Assembly (NCBI RefSeq): GCF_001677475.2
Contig: NZ_CP015229.1
From: Escherichia coli
GTDB taxonomy: Bacteria; Pseudomonadota; Gammaproteobacteria; Enterobacterales; Enterobacteriaceae
DNA: 64,000 bases
Strand: one strand, 5' to 3'
A model generated the notes under the pieces. It was given only the letters and a program-made list of their open reading frames with translations, did no database searches and had not been told where the DNA came from. A program made the translations under genes and the position numbers. How positions within the stretch are numbered: the stretch's first letter is position 1; the number at the start of each line of letters is the position of its first letter. Positions 12,212 to 31,528 of this stretch are shown one piece after another.

Positions 12212-12988
12212 ATGTCTGTAGAAGATACTCAACCGCTTATCACGCATCTGATTGAGCTGCGTAAGCGTCTGCTGAACTGCATTATCGCGGTGATCGTGAT
12301 ATTCCTGTGTCTGGTCTATTTCGCCAATGACATCTATCACCTGGTATCCGCGCCATTGATCAAGCAGTTGCCGCAAGGTTCAACGATGATCGCCACCGAC
12401 GTGGCCTCACCGTTCTTTACGCCGATCAAGCTGACCTTTATGGTGTCGCTGATTCTGTCAGCGCCGGTGATTCTCTATCAGGTGTGGGCGTTTATCGCCC
12501 CAGCGCTGTATAAGCATGAACGTCGCCTGGTGGTGCCGCTGCTAGTTTCCAGCTCTCTGTTGTTTTATATCGGCATGGCGTTCGCCTACTTTGTGGTCTT
12601 TCCGCTGGCATTTGGCTTCCTTGCCAATACCGCGCCGGAAGGGGTACAGGTATCCACCGACATCGCCAGCTATTTAAGCTTCGTTATGGCGCTGTTTATG
12701 GCGTTTGGTGTCTCCTTTGAAGTGCCGGTGGCAATTGTGCTGTTGTGCTGGATGGGGATTACTTCGCCAGAGGATTTACGCAAAAAACGCCCGTATGTGC
12801 TGGTTGGCGCATTCGTTGTCGGGATGCTGCTGACGCCGCCGGATGTCTTCTCGCAAACGCTGTTGGCGATCCCGATGTACTGTCTGTTTGAAATCGGTGT
12901 CTTCTTCTCACGCTTTTACGTTGGTAAAGGGCGAAATCGGGAAGAGGAAAACGACGCTGAAGCAGAAAGCGAAAAAACTGAAGAATAA
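12212..12988 (+). CDS. tatC: Twin-arginine translocase subunit TatC
   Basis: 258 aa polytopic membrane protein in tatABC order. Confidence 0.95.
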
Positions 12989-13029
12989 ATTCAACCGCCC
13001 GTCAGGGCGGTTGTCATATGGAGTACAGG

Positions 13030-14342
<1,313 letters not shown>

Positions 14343-14463
14343 TTACGCTAAGTTAATTATATTCCCCAGTTTGCGTTGTACCGTCAGAGTTCACGCTAAT
14401 TTAACAAATTTACAGCATCGCAAAGATGAACGCCGTATAATGGGCGCAGATTAAGAGGCTACA

Positions 14464-15957
14464 ATGGACGCCATGAAATATAACGATTTACGCGACTTCT
14501 TGACGCTGCTTGAACAGCAGGGTGAGCTAAAACGTATCACGCTCCCGGTGGATCCGCATCTGGAAATCACTGAAATTGCTGACCGCACTTTGCGTGCCGG
14601 TGGGCCTGCGCTGTTGTTCGAAAACCCTAAAGGCTACTCAATGCCGGTGCTGTGCAACCTGTTCGGTACGCCAAAGCGCGTGGCGATGGGCATGGGGCAG
14701 GAAGATGTTTCGGCGCTGCGTGAAGTTGGTAAATTATTGGCGTTTCTGAAAGAGCCGGAGCCGCCAAAAGGTTTCCGCGACCTGTTTGATAAACTGCCAC
14801 AGTTTAAGCAAGTATTGAACATGCCGACAAAGCGGCTGCGTGGTGCGCCGTGTCAGCAAAAAATTATCTCCGGCGATGACGTCGATCTTCACCGTATCCC
14901 CATTATGACCTGCTGGCCGGAAGATGCCGCGCCACTGATTACCTGGGGGTTGACCGTGACGCGTGGCCCGCATAAAGAGCGGCAGAATCTGGGTATTTAT
15001 CGTCAACAGTTGATTGGTAAAAATAAGCTGATTATGCGCTGGCTGTCGCATCGCGGCGGCGCGCTGGATTTCCAGGAGTGGTGTGCGGCGCATCCGGGCG
15101 AACGTTTCCCGGTTTCTGTGGCGCTGGGTGCTGATCCCGCCACAATTCTCGGTGCAGTCACGCCCGTTCCAGATACGCTTTCAGAGTATGCGTTTGCCGG
15201 ATTGCTGCGCGGCACCAAGACCGAAGTGGTGAAGTGTATCTCCAATGACCTTGAAGTGCCCGCCAGTGCGGAGATTGTGCTGGAAGGGTATATCGAACAA
15301 GGCGAAACTGCGCCGGAAGGGCCGTATGGCGACCACACCGGTTACTATAACGAAGTCGATAGTTTCCCGGTATTTACCGTGACGCATATTACCCAGCGTG
15401 AAGATGCGATTTATCATTCCACCTATACCGGGCGTCCGCCGGATGAACCTGCGGTGCTGGGTGTCGCACTGAACGAAGTGTTTGTGCCGATTCTGCAAAA
15501 ACAGTTCCCGGAAATTGTCGATTTTTACCTGCCGCCGGAAGGCTGCTCTTATCGCCTGGCGGTAGTGACGATCAAAAAACAGTACGCCGGACACGCGAAG
15601 CGCGTCATGATGGGCGTCTGGTCGTTCTTACGCCAGTTTATGTACACTAAGTTTGTGATCGTTTGCGATGATGACGTCAACGCACGCGACTGGAACGATG
15701 TGATTTGGGCGATTACCACCCGTATGGACCCGGCGCGGGATACTGTTCTGGTAGAAAATACGCCTATTGATTATCTGGATTTTGCCTCGCCTGTCTCCGG
15801 GCTGGGTTCAAAAATGGGGCTGGATGCCACGAATAAATGGCCAGGGGAAACCCAGCGTGAATGGGGACGTCCCATCAAAAAAGATCCAGATGTTGTCGCG
15901 CATATTGACGCCATCTGGGATGAACTGGCTATTTTTAACAACGGTAAAAGCGCCTGA
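14464..15957 (+). CDS. ubiD: UbiD-family 3-octaprenyl-4-hydroxybenzoate decarboxylase
   Basis: 497 aa; conserved position. Confidence 0.95.
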   Translation: MDAMKYNDLRDFLTLLEQQGELKRITLPVDPHLEITEIADRTLRAGGPALLFENPKGYSMPVLCNLFGTPKRVAMGMGQEDVSALREVGKLLAFLKEPEPPKGFRDLFDKLPQFKQVLNMPTKRLRGAPCQQKIISGDDVDLHRIPIMTCWPEDAAPLITWGLTVTRGPHKERQNLGIYRQQLIGKNKLIMRWLSHRGGALDFQEWCAAHPGERFPVSVALGADPATILGAVTPVPDTLSEYAFAGLLRGTKTEVVKCISNDLEVPASAEIVLEGYIEQGETAPEGPYGDHTGYYNEVDSFPVFTVTHITQREDAIYHSTYTGRPPDEPAVLGVALNEVFVPILQKQFPEIVDFYLPPEGCSYRLAVVTIKKQYAGHAKRVMMGVWSFLRQFMYTKFVIVCDDDVNARDWNDVIWAITTRMDPARDTVLVENTPIDYLDFASPVSGLGSKMGLDATNKWPGETQREWGRPIKKDPDVVAHIDAIWDELAIFNNGKSA

Positions 15958-16002
15958 TGCGCGTTTGTTTTGCCCTATTTATCGATCCGACAGAGAAAGC
16001 GC

Positions 16003-16704
16003 ATGACAACCTTAAGCTGTAAAGTGACCTCGGTAGAAGCTATCACGGATACCGTATATCGTGTCCGCATCGTGCCAGACGCGGCCTTTTCTTTTCGTGC
16101 TGGTCAGTATTTGATGGTAGTGATGGATGAGCGCGACAAACGTCCGTTCTCAATGGCCTCGACGCCGGATGAAAAAGGGTTTATCGAGCTGCATATTGGC
16201 GCTTCTGAAATCAACCTTTACGCAAAAGCAGTCATGGACCGCATCCTCAAAGATCATCAAATCGTGGTCGATATTCCCCACGGAGAAGCGTGGCTGCGCG
16301 ATGATGAAGAGCGTCCGATGATTTTGATTGCGGGCGGCACCGGGTTCTCTTATGCCCGCTCGATTTTGCTGACAGCGTTGGCGCGTAACCCAAACCGTGA
16401 TATCACCATTTACTGGGGCGGGCGTGAAGAGCAGCATCTGTATGATCTCTCCGAGCTTGAGGCGCTTTCGTTAAAGCACCCTGGTCTGCAAGTGGTGCCG
16501 GTGGTTGAACAACCGGAAGCGGGCTGGCGTGGGCGTACTGGCACCGTGTTAACGGCGGTATTGCAGGATCACGGTACGCTGGCAGAGCATGATATCTATA
16601 TTGCCGGACGTTTTGAGATGGCGAAAATCGCCCGTGATCTGTTTTGCAGTGAGCGTAATGCGCGGGAAGATCGCCTGTTTGGCGATGCGTTTGCATTTAT
16701 CTGA
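16003..16704 (+). CDS. fre: NAD(P)H-flavin reductase
   Basis: Start at [21 protein letters not shown] (233 aa); ferredoxin-NADP reductase fold. Confidence 0.9.
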   Translation: MTTLSCKVTSVEAITDTVYRVRIVPDAAFSFRAGQYLMVVMDERDKRPFSMASTPDEKGFIELHIGASEINLYAKAVMDRILKDHQIVVDIPHGEAWLRDDEERPMILIAGGTGFSYARSILLTALARNPNRDITIYWGGREEQHLYDLSELEALSLKHPGLQVVPVVEQPEAGWRGRTGTVLTAVLQDHGTLAEHDIYIAGRFEMAKIARDLFCSERNAREDRLFGDAFAFI

Positions 16705-16775
16705 GATATAAAAAACCCGCCCCTGACAGGCGGGAAGAACGGCAACTAAAACTTTATTCAGTGGCATTTAGATCT

Positions 16776-16884
16776 ATGTCGCATCCGGCAAACAATTGCC
16801 CGATGCGACGCTGTCGCGTCTTATCGTGCCTACAAATAGTTCTGAACCGTAGGCCGGATAAGGCGTTAACGCCGCATCCGGCAA
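16776..16884. repeat. REP/BIME-type palindromic repeat cluster
   Basis: gcatccggca...gcctacaaa...aggccggataaggcgttaacgccgcatccggca units between convergent fre and fadA. Confidence 0.8.
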
Positions 16885-16888
16885 GTGG

Positions 16889-18061
<1,173 letters not shown>

Positions 18062-20251
18062 TTAAGCCGTTTTCAGGTCGCCAACCGGACGGGCTGGCTC
18101 AACCGGGGGATAGTACGGTTCGTTATGACGTGCTTTATTACGCAGACCTTCCGGCACTTCATACAGCGGGCCGAGGTGCTGATATTGCTGTGCCATATCG
18201 AGGTATTTCGCGCTGCCGAGGGTGTCCAGCCAGCGGAACGCGCCGCCGTGGAACGGAGGGAAGCCCAGGCCGTAGACCAGCGCCATATCCGCTTCTGCCG
18301 GAGTGGCGATAATGCCCTCTTCCAGACAGCGCACCACTTCGTTGACCATCGGGATCATCATGCGGGCGATAATCTCTTCCTCGCTGAAATCGCGCTTCGG
18401 CTGGCTGACTTCTGCCAGCAGGTCGTCAACGGCGGCGTCTTCTTCTTTCTTCGGCTTACCTTTGCTGTCTTCTTTATAACGCCAGAAACCGAGGCCGTTC
18501 TTCTGACCAAAGCGGTTGGCATCAAACAGCGCGTCGATGGCATCGTGATAATCTTTCTGCATCCGCTGCGGGAAACCCGCTGCCATCACGGCCTGAGCGT
18601 GGTGCGCGGTATCAACCCCCACGACATCCAGCAGGTATGCCGGACCCATTGGCCAGCCGAACTGTTTTTCCATCACTTTGTCGATCTTGCGGAAATCCGC
18701 GCCGTCGCGCAGCAGCTGGCTGAAACCCGCGAAGTAGGGGAACAGCACGCGGTTAACGAAGAATCCGGGGCAGTCGTTAACCACAATCGGCGTTTTGCCC
18801 ATCTTGCTCGCCCAGGCGACGACTTTCGCGATAGTTTCGTCGGAGCTTTTCTCGCCGCGAATAATTTCCACCAACGGCATTCGGTGGACCGGGTTAAAGA
18901 AGTGCATCCCGCAGAAGTTTTCCGGACGTTCCAGCGCGTTGGCCAGCTCGCTGATAGGAATGGTTGAAGTGTTAGAGGCCAGCACGGTATCCGGGCGTAC
19001 TTTTTGTTCGGTTTCTGCCAGTACGGCTTTTTTCACTTTCGGGTTTTCAACAACCGCTTCTACCACAATATCCACGCGGTCAAATCCGGCGTAGTCGAGC
19101 GTTGGGTGGATCGTGGAGATCACGCCAGCCAGTTTCAGACCATCGATCTTGCCGCGCTCAAGCTGCTTGTTCAGCAGTTTCGCGGCTTCGGTCATGCCGA
19201 GGGTTAACGACTTGTCGTTAATATCTTTCATAACAACCGGCACGCCTTTCCATGCAGACTGGTAAGCGATGCCGCCGCCCATAATGCCTGCGCCCAGCAC
19301 AGCGGCCTGTTTTGGGGTTTCAACGTCTTTGGTGAGTTTCTTCGCTTTGCCTTTTACATATTGATCGTTAAGGAAAATGCCGACCAGTGCGCGAGCTTCG
19401 TTGGTATGCGCCAGCGGGACAAAACTTTTGTTTTCCAGATTTAAGGCTTCTTCACGACCAAAACGGGCCGCCGCTTCAATGGTTTTTACTGCGGTGATGG
19501 GGGCCGGATAATGTTTCCCCGCCGTTTGTGCGACCATCCCTTTAGCGATGGTGAAACTCATGGTGGCTTCAATCTTGCTCAGTTTTAGCGGTTCCAGCTT
19601 CGGCTGACGTTTCGCTTTCCAGTCGAGGTCGCCGTTAATGGCCTGGCGTAAAATCGCTATCGCCCCTTCAATCAGTTTTTCTGCTTTGACTACGCCATCC
19701 ACCAAACCGATTTTCAGCGCCTGATCCGCGCCGACATCTTTACCGGCGGCAATGATCTCCAGCGCACTGTCAGCGCCCAGCATACGTGGCATACGTACAG
19801 AACCGCCAAAGCCCGGCATGATGCCCAGTTTGGTTTCCGGCAGACCGATGCGCAGATCCGGCGTCGCCAGACGATAATCGGTCGCCAGCACGCATTCGCA
19901 GCCACCGCCCAGCGCATAGCCGTTGACGGCGGCAATGGTCGGCACCGGCAGATCTTCCAGGCGATTAAACACGCTATTGGCAAAGTGCAGCCATTGACTT
20001 AACTGTTCTTCAGGAACGAGGAACAGGGACAAAAATTCGGTGATATCAGCACCGACGATAAAGGCTGCTTTGTTCGAACGCAGCAGCAGCCCTTTTAGAT
20101 CTGATTGCTGTTCCAGCACGCCGATGGCCTCGCCGAGGCTGGCGACGGTCGCAGTGTCGAGTTTATTAACTGAACCTGGGGCATCAAATACCAGTTCGGC
20201 AATGCCATCTTCCAGCCAGTCAAGGTACAGGGTGTCGCCTTTGTAAAGCAT
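18062..20251 (-). CDS. fadB: Fatty acid oxidation complex alpha subunit
   Basis: Start at [16 protein letters not shown] (729 aa); the ORF track begins 42 codons upstream. Confidence 0.95.
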   Translation of the reverse strand: MLYKGDTLYLDWLEDGIAELVFDAPGSVNKLDTATVASLGEAIGVLEQQSDLKGLLLRSNKAAFIVGADITEFLSLFLVPEEQLSQWLHFANSVFNRLEDLPVPTIAAVNGYALGGGCECVLATDYRLATPDLRIGLPETKLGIMPGFGGSVRMPRMLGADSALEIIAAGKDVGADQALKIGLVDGVVKAEKLIEGAIAILRQAINGDLDWKAKRQPKLEPLKLSKIEATMSFTIAKGMVAQTAGKHYPAPITAVKTIEAAARFGREEALNLENKSFVPLAHTNEARALVGIFLNDQYVKGKAKKLTKDVETPKQAAVLGAGIMGGGIAYQSAWKGVPVVMKDINDKSLTLGMTEAAKLLNKQLERGKIDGLKLAGVISTIHPTLDYAGFDRVDIVVEAVVENPKVKKAVLAETEQKVRPDTVLASNTSTIPISELANALERPENFCGMHFFNPVHRMPLVEIIRGEKSSDETIAKVVAWASKMGKTPIVVNDCPGFFVNRVLFPYFAGFSQLLRDGADFRKIDKVMEKQFGWPMGPAYLLDVVGVDTAHHAQAVMAAGFPQRMQKDYHDAIDALFDANRFGQKNGLGFWRYKEDSKGKPKKEEDAAVDDLLAEVSQPKRDFSEEEIIARMMIPMVNEVVRCLEEGIIATPAEADMALVYGLGFPPFHGGAFRWLDTLGSAKYLDMAQQYQHLGPLYEVPEGLRNKARHNEPYYPPVEPARPVGDLKTA

Positions 20252-20276
20252 GTCAGTCTCCTGAATCCGCAAGGTG

Positions 20277-20293
20277 ATCTGGTCGTACCAGAT
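20277..20293. promoter_or_regulatory. FadR operator of the fadBA promoter
   Basis: atctggtcgtaccagat, a 17-bp palindrome matching the known fadB FadR site, 26 bp upstream of the fadB start. Confidence 0.8.
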
Positions 20294-20440
20294 GCATCGA
20301 AGTGTGTATTTTGTGTTAAAAATATGCAAATAAAAGATTAAAGAAATGCCGATCTGATCACGCTCGGCAGAAATCACGCTCTGGATGAACGATGTGCTAA
20401 GATGCGGAGACTTAAGGTCAAAAAAACAGAAGGGTAAAAA

Positions 20441-21772
20441 ATGGAATCACTGGCCTCGCTCTATAAAAATCATATAGCTACCTTACAAGAACGGACTCGC
20501 GATGCGCTGGCGCGCTTCAAACTGGATGCGTTACTTATTCACTCCGGCGAACTGTTCAACGTTTTTCTCGACGATCATCCCTATCCGTTTAAAGTGAACC
20601 CGCAATTCAAAGCGTGGGTGCCGGTAACTCAGGTGCCAAACTGCTGGTTGCTGGTGGATGGCGTGAACAAGCCGAAACTGTGGTTTTATCTGCCGGTTGA
20701 TTACTGGCACAACGTCGAACCGCTGCCGACCTCCTTCTGGACTGAAGATGTAGAAGTGATCGCGCTGCCGAAAGCCGATGGCATTGGTAGCCTGCTGCCT
20801 GCTGCGCGCGGGAATATCGGTTATATCGGTCCGGTGCCGGAGCGTGCGCTGCAACTGGGTATTGAGGCCAGCAACATCAACCCGAAAGGGGTGATCGACT
20901 ACCTGCATTACTACCGCTCCTTCAAAACCGAGTACGAACTGGCCTGTATGCGTGAAGCGCAGAAAATGGCGGTCAACGGTCATCGCGCGGCAGAAGAAGC
21001 GTTCCGTTCTGGCATGAGCGAGTTCGATATCAATATTGCCTATCTGACCGCGACCGGTCATCGTGATACCGACGTACCTTACAGCAACATTGTAGCGCTT
21101 AACGAACACGCTGCGGTGTTGCATTACACCAAACTGGACCACCAGGCACCGGAAGAGATGCGCAGCTTCCTGCTGGATGCCGGGGCCGAATATAACGGCT
21201 ATGCGGCTGACCTGACCCGTACCTGGTCGGCAAAAAGCGATAACGACTACGCACAGCTGGTGAAAGACGTAAATGATGAACAACTGGCGCTGATCGCCAC
21301 CATGAAAGCAGGCGTCAGCTATGTGGATTACCACATCCAGTTCCATCAGCGCATCGCCAAATTGCTGCGTAAACATCAAATCATCACCGATATGAGTGAA
21401 GAAGCGATGGTCGAAAACGATCTCACCGGACCGTTTATGCCGCACGGTATCGGTCATCCGCTGGGCCTGCAGGTGCATGACGTAGCTGGCTTTATGCAAG
21501 ATGATAGCGGTACGCACCTCGCGGCACCGGCAAAATATCCGTACCTGCGCTGCACCCGTATTCTCCAGCCGGGCATGGTGTTAACCATCGAGCCGGGTAT
21601 CTACTTCATCGAATCGCTACTGGCACCGTGGCGTGAAGGGCAGTTCAGTAAACACTTTAACTGGCAGAAAATTGAAGCACTGAAACCGTTCGGCGGCATT
21701 CGTATCGAAGACAACGTGGTGATCCACGAAAACAACGTGGAAAACATGACCCGGGATCTGAAACTGGCGTGA
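20441..21772 (+). CDS. pepQ: Xaa-Pro dipeptidase
   Basis: 443 aa M24 peptidase; divergent from fadB. Confidence 0.95.
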
Positions 21773-22386
21773 TGGAAAGCTGGTTAATTCCTGCGGCACC
21801 AGTCACGGTCGTTGAAGAGATCAAAAAGAGCCGCTTCATAACGATGTTGGCGCATACCGATGGCGTTGAGGCGGCGAAAGCGTTTGTTGAATCGGTGCGG
21901 GCAGAACACCCCGATGCCCGCCACCATTGCGTGGCGTGGGTGGCGGGTGCGCCGGATGATTCTCAACAGCTCGGTTTCTCTGACGACGGGGAACCGGCGG
22001 GAACGGCCGGTAAACCGATGCTCGCCCAACTAATGGGCAGCGGCGTCGGGGAAATTACCGCTGTGGTGGTGCGCTACTACGGCGGCATATTGCTTGGTAC
22101 CGGTGGGTTAGTGAAAGCGTATGGCGGCGGAGTGAATCAGGCGCTGCGCCAGCTAACGACCCAACGCAAGACGCCATTAACCGAATATACTTTGCAATGT
22201 GAATATAGTCAGTTAACCGGCATTGAAGCGTTGCTGGGGCAGTGTGACGGCAAAATTATCAACAGTGATTATCAGGCATTCGTTCTGCTGCGGGTGGCGC
22301 TTCCGGCGGCGAAAGTGGATGAATTTTCCGCAAAGCTGGCGGATTTTAGCCGTGGTTCATTGCAATTGTTAGCGATTGAAGAATAA
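21769..22386 (+). CDS. yigZ: IMPACT-family protein YigZ
   Basis: 205 aa; overlaps the pepQ stop. Confidence 0.85.
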
Positions 22387-22424
22387 TCCCCACTTCGTTT
22401 TGCAGAACTAAGGAAGCGGCAGAG

Positions 22425-23876
22425 ATGCATTTTCGCGCCATTACCCGAATCGTTGGACTACTGGTCATCTTATTTTCAGGGACCATGATTATCCCTGGGC
22501 TGGTAGCACTCATCTACCGGGATGGAGCGGGCCGCGCTTTTACCCAGACCTTTTTTGTCGCCCTCGCCATTGGCTCTATGCTGTGGTGGCCGAACCGCAA
22601 AGAGAAGGGCGAACTGAAATCCCGTGAGGGGTTTCTGATAGTGGTGCTGTTCTGGACCGTGCTGGGTAGTGTCGGTGCGCTCCCTTTTATCTTCTCGGAA
22701 AGCCCGAACCTCACGATTACCGATGCGTTTTTTGAATCTTTCTCTGGCCTGACCACCACCGGGGCCACTACGCTGGTGGGGCTGGATTCGCTCCCTCATG
22801 CCATCCTCTTTTATCGCCAGATGCTGCAATGGTTTGGCGGGATGGGGATCATCGTGTTAGCGGTTGCGATACTGCCTATCCTCGGCGTGGGTGGGATGCA
22901 GCTCTATCGCGCAGAAATGCCCGGCCCGCTGAAAGATAACAAAATGCGCCCGCGAATTGCGGAAACGGCGAAAACCCTGTGGTTGATTTATGTCTTGCTG
23001 ACCGTCGCCTGTGCGCTGGCGTTGTGGTTTGCCGGAATGGATGCCTTTGATGCCATCGGCCATAGCTTTGCGACTATCGCTATTGGCGGCTTCTCGACAC
23101 ATGATGCCAGTATCGGTTATTTCGACAGCCCGACTATTAACACTATCATTGCTATCTTTCTGCTGATCTCCGGCTGTAACTACGGTCTGCACTTTTCACT
23201 GTTAAGTGGGCGTAGTCTGAAGGTTTATTGGCGCGATCCGGAATTTCGCATGTTTATCGGCGTACAGTTTACGCTGGTGGTTATTTGTACACTCGTACTG
23301 TGGTTTCATAATGTCTACAGTTCGGCGCTGATGACAATTAACCAGGCGTTTTTCCAGGTGGTATCGATGGCGACAACCGCCGGGTTTACGACTGACAGCA
23401 TTGCCCGCTGGCCGCTCTTTTTGCCGGTACTGCTTTTATGTTCAGCTTTTATCGGCGGTTGCGCCGGGTCAACGGGCGGTGGCCTGAAAGTGATCCGCAT
23501 CCTGCTGCTGTTTAAGCAGGGGAACCGTGAGCTGAAACGACTGGTGCATCCGAACGCCGTCTATAGCATTAAGCTGGGGAATCGCGCACTGCCGGAACGT
23601 ATCCTCGAAGCCGTGTGGGGATTTTTCTCCGCCTATGCATTGGTGTTTATTGTCAGTATGCTGGCGATTATCGCCACGGGCGTGGATGACTTTTCTGCCT
23701 TTGCCTCGGTTGTTGCGACATTGAATAACCTGGGGCCAGGGCTTGGCGTGGTTGCTGATAACTTTACCAGTATGAACCCGGTGGCTAAATGGATCCTGAT
23801 TGCCAACATGCTGTTTGGTCGTCTCGAGGTCTTTACATTGCTGGTGCTCTTTACCCCGACTTTCTGGCGTGAATGA
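22425..23876 (+). CDS. trkH: Potassium uptake protein TrkH
   Basis: 483 aa polytopic membrane protein. Confidence 0.95.
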   Translation: MHFRAITRIVGLLVILFSGTMIIPGLVALIYRDGAGRAFTQTFFVALAIGSMLWWPNRKEKGELKSREGFLIVVLFWTVLGSVGALPFIFSESPNLTITDAFFESFSGLTTTGATTLVGLDSLPHAILFYRQMLQWFGGMGIIVLAVAILPILGVGGMQLYRAEMPGPLKDNKMRPRIAETAKTLWLIYVLLTVACALALWFAGMDAFDAIGHSFATIAIGGFSTHDASIGYFDSPTINTIIAIFLLISGCNYGLHFSLLSGRSLKVYWRDPEFRMFIGVQFTLVVICTLVLWFHNVYSSALMTINQAFFQVVSMATTAGFTTDSIARWPLFLPVLLLCSAFIGGCAGSTGGGLKVIRILLLFKQGNRELKRLVHPNAVYSIKLGNRALPERILEAVWGFFSAYALVFIVSMLAIIATGVDDFSAFASVVATLNNLGPGLGVVADNFTSMNPVAKWILIANMLFGRLEVFTLLVLFTPTFWRE

Positions 23877-23887
23877 TGGAGTAATAC

Positions 23888-24433
23888 GTGAAAACATTAA
23901 TTCTTTTCTCAACAAGGGACGGACAAACGCGCGAGATTGCCTCCTACCTGGCTTCGGAACTGAAAGAACTGGGGATCCAGACGGATGTCGCCAATGTGCA
24001 CCGCATTGAAGAACCACAATGGGAAAACTATGACCGTGTGGTCATTGGTGCTTCTATTCGCTATGGTCACTACCACTCTGCGTTCCAGGAATTTGTCAAA
24101 AAACATGCGACGCGACTGAATTCGATGCCGAGCGCCTTTTACTCCGTGAATCTGGTGGCGCGCAAACCGGAGAAGCGTACTCCACAGACCAACAGCTACG
24201 CGCGGAAGTTTCTGATGAACTCGCAATGGCGTCCCGATCGCTGCGCGGTCATTGCCGGGGCGCTGCGTTACCCACGTTATCGCTGGTACGACCGTTTTAT
24301 GATCAAGCTGATTATGAAGATGTCAGGCGGTGAAACGGATACGCGCAAAGAAGTTGTCTATACCGATTGGGAGCAGGTGGCGAATTTCGCCCGAGAAATC
24401 GCCCATTTAACCGACAAACCGACGCTGAAATAA
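23888..24433 (+). CDS. hemG: Protoporphyrinogen oxidase (flavodoxin-like)
   Basis: [22 protein letters not shown] flavodoxin N-terminus, 181 aa. Confidence 0.95.
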   Translation: MKTLILFSTRDGQTREIASYLASELKELGIQTDVANVHRIEEPQWENYDRVVIGASIRYGHYHSAFQEFVKKHATRLNSMPSAFYSVNLVARKPEKRTPQTNSYARKFLMNSQWRPDRCAVIAGALRYPRYRWYDRFMIKLIMKMSGGETDTRKEVVYTDWEQVANFAREIAHLTDKPTLK

Positions 24434-24460
24434 GCATAAAGAATAAAAAACGCGCATTCG

Positions 24461-24510
24461 GAAAATTATTTTAAATTTCCTCTTGTCAGGCCGGAATAAC
24501 TCCCTATAAT
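24461..24510 (+). promoter_or_regulatory. rRNA promoter P1 with UP element
   Basis: A/T-rich UP element 24461-24481; -35 ttgtca 24483-24488; -10 tataat 24505-24510; about 293 nt upstream of mature 16S. Confidence 0.85.
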
Positions 24511-24601
24511 GCGCCACCACTGACACGGAACAACGGCAAACACGCCGCCGGGTCAGCGGGGTTCTCCTGAGAATCTCAACAGAGAAAAGCAAAAAAAATG
24601 C

Positions 24602-24629
24602 TTGACTCTGTAGCGGGAAAGCGTATTAT
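24602..24629 (+). promoter_or_regulatory. rRNA promoter P2
   Basis: -35 ttgact 24602-24607 and -10 tattat 24624-24629. Confidence 0.8.
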
Positions 24630-24666
24630 GCACACCCCGCGCCGCTGAGAAAAAGCGAAGCGGCAC

Positions 24667-24679
24667 TGCTCTTTAACAA
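24667..24679 (+). promoter_or_regulatory. boxA antitermination element in rRNA leader
   Basis: tgctctttaacaa. Confidence 0.85.
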
Positions 24680-24810
24680 TTTATCAGACAATCTGTGTGG
24701 GCACTCGAAGATACGGATTCTTAACGTCGCAAGACGAAAAATGAATACCAAGTCTCAAGAGTGAACACGTAATTCATTACGAAGTTTAATTCTTTGAGCA
24801 TCAAACTTTT

Positions 24811-26352
<1,542 letters not shown>

Positions 26353-26420
26353 CCTTAAAGAACTGTGCTTTGCAGTGCTCACACAGATTGTCTGATGAAA
26401 ATGAGCAGTAAAACCTCTAC

Positions 26421-26497
<77 letters not shown>

Positions 26498-26539
26498 AAT
26501 TTGCACCGCAAATTTGAAGAGGTTTTAACTACATGTTAT

Positions 26540-26615
26540 GGGGCTATAGCTCAGCTGGGAGAGCGCCTGCTTTGCACGCAGGAGGTCTGCGGTTCGATCC
26601 CGCATAGCTCCACCA
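26540..26615 (+). tRNA. alaT: tRNA-Ala (UGC)
   Basis: ggggctatagctcagctgggagagcgcctgctttgcacgcagg...gctccacca, 76 nt. Confidence 0.97.
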
Positions 26616-26798
26616 TCTCTGTAGTGATTAAATAAAAAATACTTCAGAGTGTACCTGCAAAGGTTCACTGCGAAGTTTTGCTCTTTAAAAATCTGGATCA
26701 AGCTGAAAATTGAAACACTGAACAACGAAAGTTGTTCGTGAGTCTCTCAAATTTTCGCAACACGATGATGAATCGAAAGAAACATCTTCGGGTTGTGA

Positions 26799-29701
<2,903 letters not shown>

Positions 29702-29798
29702 ACAACGCCGAAGCTGTTTTGGCGGATGAGAGAAGATTTTCAGCCTGATACAGATTAAATCGACAGGTCAGAACATGACGTGTTGATAAAACAGAATT

Positions 29799-29918
29799 TG
29801 CCTGGCGGCCGTAGCGCGGTGGTCCCACCTGACCCCATGCCGAACTCAGAAGTGAAACGCCGTAGCGCCGATGGTAGTGTGGGGTCTCCCCATGCGAGAG
29901 TAGGGAACTGCCAGGCAT
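29799..29918 (+). rRNA. rrfA: 5S ribosomal RNA
   Basis: tgcctggcggccgtagcgcggtgg...gggaactgccaggcat, 120 nt. Confidence 0.98.
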
Positions 29919-29930
29919 CAAATTAAGCGA

Positions 29931-29957
29931 AAGGCCATCCGTCAGGGTGGCCTTTTT
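29931..29957 (+). terminator. rRNA operon intrinsic terminator
   Basis: ggccatccgtcagggtggcc hairpin followed by ttttt. Confidence 0.8.
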
Positions 29958-29975
29958 GCATTGGCGCAGAAAAAA

Positions 29976-30014
29976 ATGCCGGATGCGACGCTGGCGCGTC
30001 TTATCCAGCCTACT
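29976..30014. repeat. REP element
   Basis: tgccggatgcgacgctggcgcgtcttatccagcctac. Confidence 0.75.
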
Positions 30015-30019
30015 CTTGC

Positions 30020-30547
30020 TTATCCGTTCTGCTTTTGCATCCACTCCACCACAAAATCAGCCAGCCCCTCAACATCATTAATATCCAGTAATGCGACATC
30101 AAGATTAAGCGGCACATCACTGGCTACAGCAATAACATGCCTGTCTATCACTAATTCTTCAGGTCGATGTCCGGCTCCATCGCGAAACAGCACAATCTTT
30201 GCGATCTCTTCATGCTTAAACCCTTCGACCAGAATCAAATCCAGCTTTGAGGTATCCATTCGACTTGCGAGAAACTGTAGATCCAGCTCTTCTTCGTCTG
30301 GTGTTTCCGTCATCAAGGCCCATCGTTGCTGGCTGGCAACGATGGTTTGTGCCGCGCCAGCCTTGCGCAGCTCATAGCTATCTTTGCCAGGCTTATCAAC
30401 ATCCATATCATGGTGCGTATGCTTAATCAGCCCTGGACGGATCCCTCTGGCGCATAATGCCGGGATCAGTTTTTTCAAAAGCGTAGTTTTTCCGGTACCA
30501 CTCCACGCGGCAAAGGCGAGTAACGGTATCATCGTTTTTCCTGCCAT
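30020..30547 (-). CDS. mobB: Molybdopterin-guanine dinucleotide biosynthesis adapter MobB
   Basis: P-loop GTGKTT, 175 aa. Confidence 0.9.
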   Translation of the reverse strand: MAGKTMIPLLAFAAWSGTGKTTLLKKLIPALCARGIRPGLIKHTHHDMDVDKPGKDSYELRKAGAAQTIVASQQRWALMTETPDEEELDLQFLASRMDTSKLDLILVEGFKHEEIAKIVLFRDGAGHRPEELVIDRHVIAVASDVPLNLDVALLDINDVEGLADFVVEWMQKQNG

Positions 30548-31113
30548 CGGGCAAGCTCCTCTGGCGTATTCACGTTAACAAATGCATCTTTATGATCGCT
30601 GAAATCAACCGCATGACCGCCAGCCAGACGCATAAATGCCATTACCCGGCGTTCTCCTGTTTGCAGATATTCTAGTAATAAAGGCTCAATTGCGCGGTTT
30701 ACCAGAGCAATAGTCGGGTGATCGCGTTCACCGTCGTGGACCCACACGACAGGCGCATCTTTGCGCTGATGATTAAGCCGGGCGGCTAAATCATGGGGAA
30801 TGTAAGGCGTATCGCACGGGCAAAACAAAAACCACTCACCCGCTTCCTGCTGCATTACTGAAAGCATTCCTGCCAGAGGGCCTGGGTAATCCGCCAGTGA
30901 ATCTTCAATCACTTTCAGACCGCTTGCCTGATAAATTTCCTGATGACGATTAGCATTAACAACGACGTGAGAGAGCTGCGTCATAAGCGCGTCAGCGACA
31001 TGTTGCCATAATGGTTTGCCGTTTAATTCAAGCAATCCTTTATCTACGCCGCCCATTCGTCTGGCTTTACCGCCCGCCAGCACAACGCCTGTTATCGTCG
31101 TCATCAGATTCAC
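30529..31113 (-). CDS. mobA: Molybdenum cofactor guanylyltransferase MobA
   Basis: 194 aa; [11 protein letters not shown] motif; overlaps mobB by 19 nt. Confidence 0.95.
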
Positions 31114-31182
31114 CGATATCGCCTCTTTTATTGTGGGATTGACCCTGCTAACGTGTCTGTCTCAAGAGTAAGGAGCATCACT

Positions 31183-31452
31183 ATGAAATGTAAACGTCTG
31201 AATGAAGTTATTGAACTCCTCCAGCCAGCCTGGCAAAAAGAGCCAGACCTTAACCTGCTGCAATTTTTGCAGAAACTGGCGAAAGAGTCAGGTTTTGACG
31301 GCGAACTGGCGGATTTGACGGATGACATTCTGATCTATCACCTGAAAATGCGTGATTCCGCGAAAGATGCGGTGATCCCGGGTTTGCAGAAAGATTATGA
31401 AGAAGACTTCAAAACGGCGCTGTTACGCGCTCGCGGCGTAATTAAAGAGTAA
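31183..31452 (+). CDS. yihD: DUF1040 protein YihD
   Basis: Start at [18 protein letters not shown], 89 aa. Confidence 0.85.
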
Positions 31453-31528
31453 AAGCTTGTAAGCGGCGCCACCAAAATCATCGTGAAATGATATCCTTCA
31501 TCATTCGTAATGTTTTCCGGATGATGGG